Shown here in pieces: positions 49,901 through 61,825 of a DNA stretch of 64,000 bases (its first letter is position 1; each line of letters begins with the position of its first letter). The notes beneath the pieces were generated by a model that worked only from the letters and a program-made list of their open reading frames with translations, was not told the DNA's origin and did not search any database. The position numbers were made by a program, and so were the translations under genes. The stretch is from contig OZ320315.1 of NCBI GenBank assembly GCA_976226885.1, positions 73,346,001-73,410,000 of the forward strand, read 5' to 3'. The stretch is from Iphione sp. A-MEVVRFRX5 (taxonomy: Eukaryota).

Positions 49901-52489
49901 CATTGAAGCATTGACCGAAAGACTACCGTGTCACTCAGTACTTGGTCCGACACACAACATCATCTTACACTTTGTAGCTGATGGCTGTAGCATGAGCTCT
50001 CGACCTTTTCACCGGGTGCCTGGTCTCTTTGGCGAAGCACGTGTGAGCTCCCACCCCTGCTTCTATCAGCACAGGGTGTCAGCTAAGTGACGTTGTTTGT
50101 CACTGGTTACATCGGCCAACCACTATAGACCAAAAGAGCATAGGTGTGTTTCTGGTTACCCACCCCTACCTAGTAAAACCTCAACCTACCTAAACATTTT
50201 TTTCCCAAAGACTTTCCAATGCTGAATTTCCTTAGATACGTATTTTCACAGTACATTTTGGGGTAAATTCGGTAGAAACCAACAATATTATATGAGTTGA
50301 GCAAAAAACTGTACAACTCATGCAAATTGGTCAAAAGTTCTCATATTATCTTTATCATTGAAAGCCAGAGGAGGAAAGTGGAAAAGAATTTAAAAGACAC
50401 CCGCCCCTCCTAGGTTTTTGGCTGGTCATAACCAGAAACAAAAATATTTGGGGGGGGGGCATTACCATCTATAATGCTGACGGCGTTCATACTCTTCGCT
50501 GTAAAGCTGCAATACGTGATAAGTATGAAGCTAGTCTTGGCCAATTATTTATGTTTGCTTCAAGATGCCTACGCCAGAGGAAACGCTAGCTCAGTGCCAC
50601 AGTGAGGCCATAGATTGTGCTTTAAAGTGAGGGAGTGAGGTGATGGAAGGCTGCAATTGAAACGACTAAGGCGGAAAGAATTCAGAGAGAAATTTTGTAC
50701 CCCTCACCAGTCACGTAATAGGCTCCCCCCCGGCAACAGACGCGTGCCGTCCTATTTGGATGGTGTCGGAAACCAGTGTCATTCTCATATGTCGTTATCG
50801 CTTCAATACGGCAGAGCAACCCCGATAATACCATACATCATGCAAAGTACCACTACTACCAGACGAAGAATGTGGGCCGCAAGGAAATAAATGTACAACA
50901 TGTGATAATGACGACTCTTATGTATGGGCAATTTCTTTTTCTGCAATACCTTGCGAAATATTCACTTGTTTAATAGAAGGAACATACCATGACAAAAATA
51001 CACTAGGTCAATAAAATATACTTCAAGAGTGCAAAAACTGGGGTCCATATTACCAGTGTACTGAAACTAAACAGCACTGAGTCAAATCTAGCACAATTAT
51101 AGCAGTGTACTACATGTAATGTAAACTGTAGATTCCCTCTAATTCGAACCACTGAGCCAAACTGTTCTTAATGTGAGATGTTTTGAATTGGAGGAGTTCC
51201 AAACTTAGATTAATAAGGGATGGTTCTGTCTCTGCAACAGAACTTACGGACCATATAATGACTTTGGAGTTGGAGAGCAGATCAAGATCTGATTACCATT
51301 GAAAAGAAAACAACCGACGTTGGACAGGGCAGGCCAGCATATCAAAATGTACCGAAGTGGAAGGCAAAAATAAAAGATAAAAATTTGACTATCCCATGGA
51401 CACCGGCCAGGAACAATTTGGTCCAGGGAACAAACATGGAACACCTTTTACACTGGTCGGACCATTTGGTGAACAGATCCCAGTAACTGGGAATGGAAGC
51501 AATTTAACTACACCGTAATGGCCAGACTTCTCACACTCAAGCAGTTGCGATGACGACTGTGAAGATGTCATTCAAGGGAACGATTTTCTGTCAACACAGG
51601 AAGCTGTGTTGAGCTTCCCAAGAAAGAAATGAACATGAAGACCGTATATTCACCAGGTAAAAAGAAAGAACAAGAGTTCATAAATAAAATTGGATACACA
51701 ACATGAACCATTCAACTAGCACCTGTAAGAGCTTTGGATGAGGATAAATTACCTTTATGTAGCACAAATGCAAACACCACGAGTCAGGTTCGAGTCAGCC
51801 TTTATTCTTCAGCCAATATCAGCATACAGCAATCATCATCTCAACAGCAACCGGGGCAAGTCCGACCTTTCACAATGGACCGCTAACCTTATATACCAAT
51901 ACGACCAGATTTGGCCGTTCATCAGTTTTCAAACATACAATGGGTCATTAAGATTTTATGTCTTTGACGTCACTAACACCCCGAGTCCAGGGTCGTGCTC
52001 GAGCATCGCTTATGCTCTTATCTTGTTTTGGCGCGCCATGACACCATGTGAAACAAGTAGACTTTTAATGTTCACAGGTCTGATTACCATTATCGCTGAT
52101 ACAATGAAGAACTACGAAGTATGCGAAAGAGCACTTCCTGTGTAGGACAAACAAAATTTTTGTTCTGTACCATTACATTACTCCGTGAGTGGCCTTCCTT
52201 ATAATTCGTATATCTATACACTGTACATACATTGTATTATTTCAATAGCCCTTCAGGCACAATCACCTTGTTATGAATACTCTAATACAACGTCAAATCC
52301 CTTTTTGTTCTGTTTATTACATCGGACAATCCAAGATGTCACAATACAGCATCATCATCATATCCGTAACTGTGTTACATTTATATCTCAGGCTACACGG
52401 GTGAAGAAAGATGAACCATCAGAACCATGGAAAGAAGTACATAGCCTAGATCCTGATTGATCATCGATTAACCTTCTCGTCTCGATTTT

Positions 52490-52780
52490 GTGATACTGGA
52501 AAACAGGAATTATTACACCATCGATGTAGAAGAACATGCTCCAGTCAAACAAAGCGTATCTTGAATGCCTTTAGAAAGAGACGGGAAGAACAAAACCTGA
52601 TCCAAGAAAGGCTGGCTGTGGGACTCACCACTGAAAATATAAGCTCTAAGTTAAGTCCCATTCTCCTGGAAAAGAAAAAAGGATGGTTCTGCAAGATTTT
52701 GTTGACTATAAGGAGCTGAATGAAATAACTCAAAAGATGCTTACCCATTTCGGCTCATGCATGACTCCTTTAATACCAAA
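52490..52780 (+). pseudogene. Ty3/Gypsy reverse-transcriptase 5' relic
   Basis: Frameshifted ...IDVEEHAPVKQ.AY.MP...SPILLEKKK(D)GSARF(C)VDYKELNEIT.KDAYP matches the Gypsy RT start. A possible protease remnant VNTGSCV lies near 51590. Confidence 0.65.
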
Positions 52781-53128
52781 CCAACCACACCAACGCACAG
52801 CAACATTCTGATCCAACGGCGGTGCCATCAGCCGTGAATTAATGATACTGAGTGTGTAGGATGGGGTTATAGTACCCCTCCTGAACATACAGTGTTTACT
52901 TATTTCATCTCTTAAACAATAACAGTATGGTGCTCAGTGACTAGGACATGCATTATTGGGTGCTCCATAACTACCTACAGCAATCTACATGCCAGTATGG
53001 GTAAGAAGTCTCTGACTACTGCTGATAAATGCAAAACACGCAACACCATAACACTTTGATGACGAACAAAGGTGATAAAAGTGTTCCAAATGTGGTGATT
53101 TACGCCGAGCATTCAACAAAAGGCCATA

Positions 53129-55270
53129 ATGAGTGCAATGGAAGTCTGGTTCAAACTGGTGCTGACTGTTAGCACTGGTGACAGCTATACTAACAGCAAT
53201 ACTAGCTTATGGGAGGCTGAACCTGAGCTTGAAAAACTTTGCGGTGACTTTGCTTCACTAAGCAGTACCTTCAAACGAGAAGTTTTATCTCTGAGGAAGG
53301 AACTTACTGACCTGAAAGAGAATGACAACCTGAGGATATCGATCATCACCCGAGACAAAATGAGCTGCAACAGAGTATCAAGTGGATCGATGCCAGAGTA
53401 ACGTGTCTTAAGCAGCAATGTGATCGGATGGTCACAGACGTGTCTCAGATTAAAGTCAAGGACAGATCAAGATGCATTGTAGTGGAAGGAATGCCGAGAA
53501 CAGATGGCATAGACCTCTTCAGTTATATGGAGGACATGTTGATAACCAGCGGAGATTCGAAAGGAAACCACTGTGCATCGTGTGCATGGCTGAAGATGCA
53601 TGCTTCCTCATTGCGGATGTGGTTTGACACAATAGCCAGTTGCAGCAGGGGCCTAAAACATCGGTCAAAGCCGGCAAAGTCTCAATGCTTCAGGGATGTA
53701 TATGTACAGGAGGCTATTCCATTAAGGGCTTTTGATACCCACAAATGACAGGCAAGGGTAGTGGCGTCTGCAAGGCGTGGCGGCAAGTGCGCTATTATGA
53801 AGGTGGGAAGGGTATAGATCTGTACATGGAAAGTTAGCAGTTTACATTGGCCAACACTGATCTACTTCCAACTGAATGAAATCTGAATTCTGAACAAAGA
53901 ACTGTATCGCATGACGTGCAATAGATGCGGCCAAAAATATGTTGGTCAAACGAAGAGCCGACTCATGGACCTCTTCCAGAGTCACTTTGGGAACATCAAG
54001 AGGAAGGTTTCCATCTTAATCATCAGTGAACAATTCAACGACAGCTTCCACAAAGGTATCAATGATGTTAAAATTCACATTGTTGATTTTAGACACAGTA
54101 AACTGAATAGCATACGCGCAAAGGTACTTCTTGCACACAGTGGCACCTACCAGGCTTAATGTCATGGATGCCACATATCATATTGAATGCATCTATGACC
54201 AGGTACCCCAGCAGACCTAGCCATATTTGCAAACATTAACTGTGTACCTCTGATGGTGAGTCCCTATTGGACCTACGAGTACTCCAGGGAGCTATTCTGT
54301 ATAGGTATCCAACAGTCGAAACAAGTGTGTTGGGTCTACATCAGTCGTCCCACTACATCTGTAATTAAGGCCTCTAGGCCCCCATGCAGATACCACACCC
54401 ACAGAGACCTAACAGTCACCCAGGCTGTCAGTTGAGGCGCCGCATAACCAGGATGCAGCCCATGTATTGTCTATCAAAGACCAGCTATCTCTGCTGACAC
54501 CATTACTAACTGTCAAAATTAAAACATAGATATGTTTGTGCCTGATGACACAACTATGTTGAAACTGTAAAACCCTGTCTTGGTACATACATTAAGACAA
54601 ATAATTGCCAATCTAAAACAAAAGCCTATTTTGTTTTAAATGAAATAACAATGGGCATGAGATAGTTACCAAAAGGTTTCCATGTGATTTCTCCTCCTCC
54701 CCTGACAACTGGATTCCAATCGAACAATCTACACCACAGCAGACACACAGAGACATGGTAGCACCACCATAATTGCACTAGCCATGTTGTCGTCAATAAA
54801 ATCTGAAGGAGAATTCATGTGTGTCAACTGCAACGACCGTGTTCTTTTCTAGCAACACTGAATATTTGTCACACCTTGAGAGCTCGCCCATCATCTTTAA
54901 GGGCAGGTCGCATGGCTCCATTGAATGTGCTTATCAATGCACAAAATTTTATGCATAGAACAACAAAGCAGACGGATCTGCTTGACAACTCAATGGGCTT
55001 CGAGGCAAGGAGAATAGGCAATGGAATTTGTTTATACTCGACATGGGATAAGACTTTCAAGGTAACTTTGGAAAGGATCTTCCAATCTAAGCTAGATCTT
55101 TATCTAAAATTTGCTAAGGCGCATCACAAGACGGGGATCCTAGAACTGGTATACACTGACTACACGAACGTACGGGGCACTGGCATTCGGTTTTCTCTGA
55201 GCCTGCCTAACAAAAGCAAATTTATACAGTGGGAAGATAATGGTAGGGAGGGTTCTGATCAAGATAAAGG
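53129..55270 (+). pseudogene. Member C: decayed ORF1-NADAR, interrupted by a Penelope fragment
   Basis: KDRSRCIVVEGMP...DVYVQEAIPLRAFDTHK*QARVVASARRGGK...GIDLYMES*QFTLANTDLLPTE (to about 53880). After the insertion: VFFSSNTEYLSHLESSPIIFKGRSHGSIECAYQCTK and GFEARRIGNGI...W...TLERIFQSK...TG..ELVYTDY..VRGTG. Confidence 0.8.
53895..54790 (+). mobile_element. 5'-truncated Penelope fragment (GIY-YIG + hammerhead-like motif) nested in member C
   Basis: TCNRCGQKYVGQTKSRLMDLFQSHFGNIKRK...HIVDF (53911..54159); CTGATGA...GAAAC at 54542..54565. Boundaries approximate. Confidence 0.7.
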
Positions 55271-55599
55271 AGGGTATTACTGGGGTGTAGCTTGTGCAAG
55301 TTGACGGAAATTTGCAATTAATTGTTCATGTGACAGGTATTTATTTTCTGTTTATTGCCCAGTACAGGTTCATACGGCGATGTTAATCTCTGCATTCTCT
55401 CATTAGAGTTGGCTTCTTTTAGAACAGCTTTGTACTAAGAGATTTCTCCTTATCTGGTATTAGCTCTAACAAAAATGGGAAGTGACAGTAGACCGCTGGA
55501 GGAGGATTCATGCAAAGGTCAAATCCTGATTATCTGTGGTAACAGAACTGAAGGAGCTCTGCGGCTACCACCTTTAAGCATCTACTGTCTGTAATAACT

Positions 55600-56700
55600 A
55601 ACTTGCAAACCTGTGTCATCTTGAATTGTGTTACAAAACTGAAGACCTCTCAGCCAGGATAGGGTCAATGTGTTTTGCATAGCAGAAACATGGTTAAATA
55701 CCTCCGACAGAGAAAGTGAGACTTGCATTGACTAATCACAGAGATAAAAAAAATGCAGGGGGAAAAAGAGAGATTGCGTATCATTAATTATCGTAAAGGT
55801 GACATAGAGATCACGCAAGTGCACCACAGGAACTGGTAGATTCTCTATGTGAGATTGTTGCGGCGACCTTCAAGGCAGGTAAGAGTAGGCCAATCAGCAT
55901 TATTGTGGTCTACAGGGGAAGGGCAAGGTAGGGATGGGAATAACTAATCTATTTGCAGGTAAAGGTCTAGTACAAGTAGTCAGAGACAGCACGATGGTCA
56001 ACGACAGCCACTGTCTAGACTATATTGGGGTACATTTTGGGGCACAGTAGTGCTCAACTGCTCAATGGGCTGCTGAGTGAACATCTGCCTGTTTTGCCCG
56101 TGATAAAAAAATGCAATTAAAAGATTCAACGGACAAAGGGTAACAGTTAGGCAAAGCAGATATCAGTGCCCTACCAGCAACTCAGGAAAAATGGGATTGC
56201 TAGGAGGGCGATCATGTAAGAGCTTAGAATAACTTAATTGGCATATTGACAGTAGACCTGAATGAAAGCTGATCTGAAAGATGTGTCCCCCTCGTGTAAT
56301 TTTGTAAACACTGTCATAATGGTGCTTACAACCCAGACCCACGAATCTTAGAGGCAATCAAGGACAGGGATTATCCCTTTAATAAATGAAAGAAAATGGG
56401 ATACAGTAACTCCCTGAGGATCTTTAAATTCTACACTAAATTAATCAAGAGGGAAGTAAAGAAATGGCAAGGAATTTCTGGCATATGAGGATCAAAAATG
56501 AAGGGCGCCCCTCTAAGGGGCTCTGGGGCATCTCAAGGCACTGGGAAGGGAAAGAGTGGGGAGGTGCTTCCTGATGATGACCTGATATCCAAAGGAGGGG
56601 GTAGTAACCATGGCAACAGCTTCAATGAGTATTTCACTGGGGCAGTAAGCAAGATACCCCAGATAAGGAGGGATGTGATTTCCCTGAGACTTCCATTAGG
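55600..56700 (+). pseudogene. Member C ORF2 relic (APE and post-APE region)
   Basis: VNVFCIAETWLNTS (about 55665), IIVVYRG (about 55900), HCLDYI and LLSEHLPV (about 56030-56095), FNEYFTG (about 56625). Confidence 0.6.
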
Positions 56701-57099
56701 AGAAGTGCTGAGACTTTCAACCTTCCTGAGTCAACACCGACAAAAATCAGACCCTTTGTCATGAAACGGAAAGTAAGGTGTGTCCCATCTGTGGAATCAC
56801 TCTCGACAAAGAATGAGATTGGATCGTCCGCCGGATGGCCGTGTCCTTGGTGCCCAGGGTGGGCTTGCCTGTGTGATGCGGTGACCCGGGTGGCCTAAAT
56901 GCCCCAGCAACACCTTTTGGGTATGCCGTTAAACGTAAAGGCACTTCACCACGTCTTCGCCAATACATCCAGCAGTGATATCAGTGAGGTTGAAACGACC
57001 TAGGGTAGAGCCGGAAAACCGAATGACCAAATAGAGAAGGCCGGAAGGTGAACTCCAGCCTTTGATGAACTATGATAAACAGACTAGTCACAGAAGCGT

Positions 57100-58050
57100 A
57101 ATCTCTACAGCGCTGCCCTTCTGGGAAAGAGGACATCGCTGAGGAGAAAGTCGTCAAACTCTTGGTATCATTATGTCAAACTAAACCCTGGCTACAGCCC
57201 AAGAAGAGACGCCAACCTGAAAGACCTGATGAGAATGAGGCGGTTATCCGGTCCACTCTGGAGGACCCAGTCTTCACGCCACATCCTGACCCTCCAACTG
57301 TGCCCGTGCCTGTCCCTAGATCTGCTCCATCTGCCGAAACTATAACCATACCTGCCCCTGGACCTGGAATATATGCCCTTACGACGACTGAACCTGTCCC
57401 TCGTCCCTCTGCCGGTCTGCCTCCATGACAACCATATCTGCCTCCGGATCTCCGTCGCGGATACCACCAACCAGTCTGTATGGGATCAGTGGTGTCATGC
57501 AATAAACAGATGGGAAGGTGCTGCCATACACTAGCAGGCTGAGCGCTGTTCCTGTCCGGCAGACGCAGGCTCGATTTGATAGGCCGCTGGAAGGCTGGGA
57601 GATTATGCAGCTTTAGCAGCAAGACTTTACATCGGGGATAATGGCAATGGTGGTCACACTCCTTCCCAAGGGGCCAGAATATTTACAAACAACTTAGCAG
57701 GCCCTCTGCAGGATTCGCCGATCCCTCCTATTGCCGCACTCCTGACCCCCTACCCTGGATGCGTGTCTTGACCTCCTGCCCAGGATGAGCGGCCCGACAG
57801 ATTCATTGGGGCAACGGAACACCAATTTTGGCACCACAATGAAACCATCAGAGCTTGAGAGGGCATTCAAAGAAAGAGTGCTGCAGGATTGGATGCCGCT
57901 TCTCCAGATAGACCTGTGGGGGGCCTTCCTGATGGTTGGCATCAGGAGGTGCGGGATCCAGTTATTGCGGGAGTATTTTGTATCCAGTGTTGCAGAGGCT
58001 GGATCCCGACATCCTCTTGGATTCCAGTTTGTGCTTTGGTGTTCACTCAT
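57100..58050 (+). pseudogene. Possible Gypsy gag-like relic
   Basis: Pro-rich segment then ERAFKERVLQDWMPLLQIDLWGAF...LLREYFVSSV, resembling FxxRxQ...ExFVxxL gag motifs. Weak. Confidence 0.3.
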
Positions 58051-60069
58051 TAGTGCACTACACTTTGTTGTGACTTGAAGAAATATTCAGACTAATAAAA
58101 TGAAATCGTTGATCATTATCTAATATGAATAAGTTCCTGATATGATAACAAATCATTCAAAGATTGAAATTAATTGATAATAAGTAATATCATGCAAGGA
58201 TAAATCATATACATGCATGCATATAAGACAAGACAGAACATCCACTGTATCAGGTTTCATTAATCCAGTTACAGTTCCATTACCTCATGTAGTATTAAAT
58301 TATCCACTGACAGTAATGGAACATCTTGTGAAATGTATAGTGCCACATTATATTATCTACTCTCCATGACCCATGATCTGTGATCCATGATAGTTCACCC
58401 CTGGATTATGGAACTTCATAGAGTAACTTCGTAATATGTAACTGCATCATATGTAACTGCATCAGGATCTGGATGGTTATAGCCTATTTAACTTCTGCTG
58501 ACCATATTTAGCTCAAATTATGTAATCCAATCAAGAATTTAGATTTATAAGGAGGCAGTTCTTAGGAATAAACAGACAGTCTCTCCCTGTACCTCTTGAG
58601 AGAGCCCATCTATGTACAACTGATGTCCGTGCCCTTGGAGTGAACCAGATATTTTTGTCTTAGACATTCTGTATTATCTAATAACTAATCCAGGATCTGC
58701 AGTTTCCAGAGTTCAATATCTTAGACACATTATAATCTCCAAAGGAGCACATTGTAGGAACAATAATGTTTCATGATGATTAAGGCAAGATGTATGAAAG
58801 GCAGTAAAAGATCAAGACAGAAGAGATGTTAAATGCAAAGGCAAATGGTAAACGAGGTAAGACTAGAAACCCAATAATTGCAGAAATTAACGAAAACAGT
58901 TGCAGTAAAGAACATTCATCAAAGAGTCCCATCTTTTTCAATCAAAGCGTAAATCACAATTGACAATCCATGAGCGTCAGCTTCATGTAGGAACAAAGAA
59001 GTAAACTTATTTTCCCTAACATACACGGAGGCCATTCTCTCCATTGCAGGCAGGAGAAACGTCAAGACGTTTTACGGACCAAGTTTTCATGGAAGGAGTA
59101 TTTCTTTTTAAAACCTCTGTAAGTATCACGGGGATTGATCATGTACAATACTGCTATGGTATTTTTGTTATATGAAAGTTACAATTTAAAAAAGAACTAA
59201 GCTGAGACCGTCTGTGGCCAACAGACAACAAGATAAGACGTGAATCTTATAGTTTTTCCGAAGACGTCAATTTCATAGTTTAACAAGGGGAGGAAACATC
59301 TAAATCCTGATGAAAGCCTACCTAGGCCTAGTCAGACCCACCTTGGTAACGTATGCCTGTTTGGGTAACAACACAAAACAGTAACAAAAACAAATGTGGC
59401 ACAATGCAGAGAAAAGCATTTAGAAAATAACTCCAGGAGAGATTATGAGATTATTAAGTTATTTCTAATATTGTCTGCTTCTGTAAGAGATGGATGTCTC
59501 ATCGACTTTTCCCTGCATGTACTATTCATCTTGAAATTCAGTTTCAGGATTGGATTACAGTGCTTGTGTGTGGGGCAGAGACAGTGTATGCGCGCAGATG
59601 ACGGATAAAAAGCTGTTATTCAGGCAAAGTTACTCTATGGCTTCATGGTACATCGCTCCGTGCATCATTTGCATTAGCGGATGAAGTTTTGTATCATCCC
59701 ACCTCATCGTAAGAGCACAAGAAATATTCAAAGTAAAAACAAATTAATTATTAAACAAAATGAGAAATAAATTAGAAATGGTCCTGATAAACACTATTTT
59801 CTAAAAATCAAATCATGCTTCGAGATATCGCCAGGGATTTATATTTATGATATGGTACCTACCTGAAGCACAAAAAACGATATGGTGTCCTTAGGTAACT
59901 ACCGACAGATGTCAAAAGAAACATTATCAAATGTTATAAGATTTATCCTAGGAGCTGCTTCACAATTACAAAGATATGATTAAATCGTATTATAATAACA
60001 TTTTGAAAGTCCCAATAATGCATACCTTTTGATTAGATTGTTGTATTGTACAATAACAAATGCTCTTGA

Positions 60070-60127
60070 TAAGGCCCGGGAATATTATCTCTGTTTCCAG
60101 TAACATGCATAGTGGGAAGGTCGGTAG
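60070..60127. mobile_element. Truncated MITE end abutting the 5' end of LINE member B
   Basis: TAAGGCC...TATCTCTGTTTCCAGTAACATGC...GGTCGGTAG resembles the ends at 38040 and 45197. Confidence 0.45.
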
Positions 60128-60144
60128 TTTAGTTTCGTTTTCTT

Positions 60145-60159
60145 ATGGCGTCTGAATAG
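60145..60159 (+). promoter_or_regulatory. 4-codon uORF / ATGGCG leader motif (MASE*)
   Basis: ATG GCG TCT GAA TAG, 64 nt upstream of the ORF1 ATG. Confidence 0.5.
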
Positions 60160-60208
60160 ACGTGTGCGTTAGCGCTACCCTGAGCATCGGAGTGCATGCA
60201 GCATAAGA

Positions 60209-61702
60209 ATGGGCAAGAAATCGCAAACAAACGAAGAAAGGCCAGGGGATACCTCAGAGACGCCGAAACTGCGACCTAGAGGACGACCCAGAGGCCCGTC
60301 AAAATCATCCAGCCGTGATTCAAGTCTGGTGGGCGAAAATAGGAAAGAGTCACTACCGAGGCGGCCTCGACAAGGCACGCAGAGCGGGAGCGGGAACGAG
60401 CATGTAAACAAACCGGAGAAGCCAATGCCGCCAGGGAAGCCTGTCAACGGTGTCCCCGGTCAGCTGACAGACGACTCGCCTGAGACTGACACTGACACTA
60501 GTACCAGCGGTGTCGGCGGGGGTAGCGTGAGTACAGACTCTTCTCTCCACACAGCTATCCAAGAGCTACGTGATGATCTGACTGCAATTCGCACTCATTA
60601 TGACCAAGAAATTGCCAACCTGCATAGAGAGCTGGCAGCTTCACAAGCCGAAAATAACAGACTGCGGGAAGCTGTCAAAGAGCTTACACAGCCGGAGTCT
60701 GTAGTGAGTAGGCTTGACACATTAGGCGTTGAGCTAAAGGCGATTTCGGTAGAGTGTGATAGGCTGAAGGAAGATGTAATAAAAATGGAAATTGAGAGTA
60801 GATCACGCAGAATTATTTTGGAAGGCATTAGGAAGGAGAACGCTAAGGAAGTTGACTTGTTTATTTACAGACTAGTATGGGACATTGCTGGAGTCCGCAG
60901 GGAGAGTGTCAAGAAAATACTACCAGTCGCGGACAACAACAATGGGGCACGTTTTAGTGTCCTGTTTGACACAAAACAAACGCGGAACAGTGTTCTAAAA
61001 CACCGAGCAAAGCTGATGAGCTACCACAAGTATAAACGAGTTTTCTTGCGTGAAGACTTACCAGCAAGTGCCATAGATAAACATCGTCGCCAGGCAAGAA
61101 TCGCGGCGGCTGCTAAGCGTCAAGGCAGAAGCGCGATGGTGAAAGGAATGGACCTAGTGCTAGACGGCGAGACATACTCACCGAGTGAAGAAAAATTCCT
61201 GCCAGTTGAGCTGCAACCTGCAAATAATGCCACAAAGGTTGAAACAGAAGTTTTCAGCTTCAACAGTGATTGCCCATATCTGTCACCAATGGAGGATTCC
61301 CCCATGATTTTCGATGGCATTTTCTACCGGAACCTCGAAACTGCGTACCAATGCCAGAAATCGCGCGCATGCGAGAGTGGAGCCAGTGTGAAGACGCTGC
61401 TACATACGACGTGCGGTTACACAGCAAGAAAAGTCGGAAACTCCATTAATACAACGCCAGAATGGGTTCAAGATTCCGAGGTACAGTTGAAAAAATTGTA
61501 TGAGCATAAGATAAACCGCAGTTTGGCATTCCGCGAGCTTTTACTAAGCACAGGTTCAAAGAACATTCTGTACGCGGACGTGGATCAGTCACTCGGTAGT
61601 GGCTTCTCACTCGCTAGTGAAACAGACAGTGAAGCAGAGCTGGCAGGTAGCAACCTAATTGGACGGGTGCTGATGAGCATTCGTGCTGAACTTAATGCAT
61701 AG
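60209..61702 (+). CDS. LINE ORF1: basic/disordered N-terminus, coiled coil, RRM/CTD, C-terminal NADAR (YbiA-like) domain
   Basis: RSRRIILEGIRKE, RVFLREDLPA; PYLSPMEDSPMIFDGIFYRNLETAYQCQK...YTARKVGN...W...FRELLLSTG...DQSLGSG...GSNLIGRVLMSIRAEL parallels the NADAR pattern (SNF..P...DG..Y...EHYFQAQK...A...G...W...K..Q...LR.LLL.T...D..WG...G.N.LG..LM..R..L). Confidence 0.88.
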   Translation: MGKKSQTNEERPGDTSETPKLRPRGRPRGPSKSSSRDSSLVGENRKESLPRRPRQGTQSGSGNEHVNKPEKPMPPGKPVNGVPGQLTDDSPETDTDTSTSGVGGGSVSTDSSLHTAIQELRDDLTAIRTHYDQEIANLHRELAASQAENNRLREAVKELTQPESVVSRLDTLGVELKAISVECDRLKEDVIKMEIESRSRRIILEGIRKENAKEVDLFIYRLVWDIAGVRRESVKKILPVADNNNGARFSVLFDTKQTRNSVLKHRAKLMSYHKYKRVFLREDLPASAIDKHRRQARIAAAAKRQGRSAMVKGMDLVLDGETYSPSEEKFLPVELQPANNATKVETEVFSFNSDCPYLSPMEDSPMIFDGIFYRNLETAYQCQKSRACESGASVKTLLHTTCGYTARKVGNSINTTPEWVQDSEVQLKKLYEHKINRSLAFRELLLSTGSKNILYADVDQSLGSGFSLASETDSEAELAGSNLIGRVLMSIRAELNA

Positions 61703-61825
61703 TCATGCATGATATGCTGAGCTTTAGTTGCATTATGCTAAACAACTTAGATGCAGTCATAAGCATGATGTGCTGAGCTTTAGTTGCCGTGAGCTAGTCA
61801 GTCGTGATGCAGTTACACGTCATTA

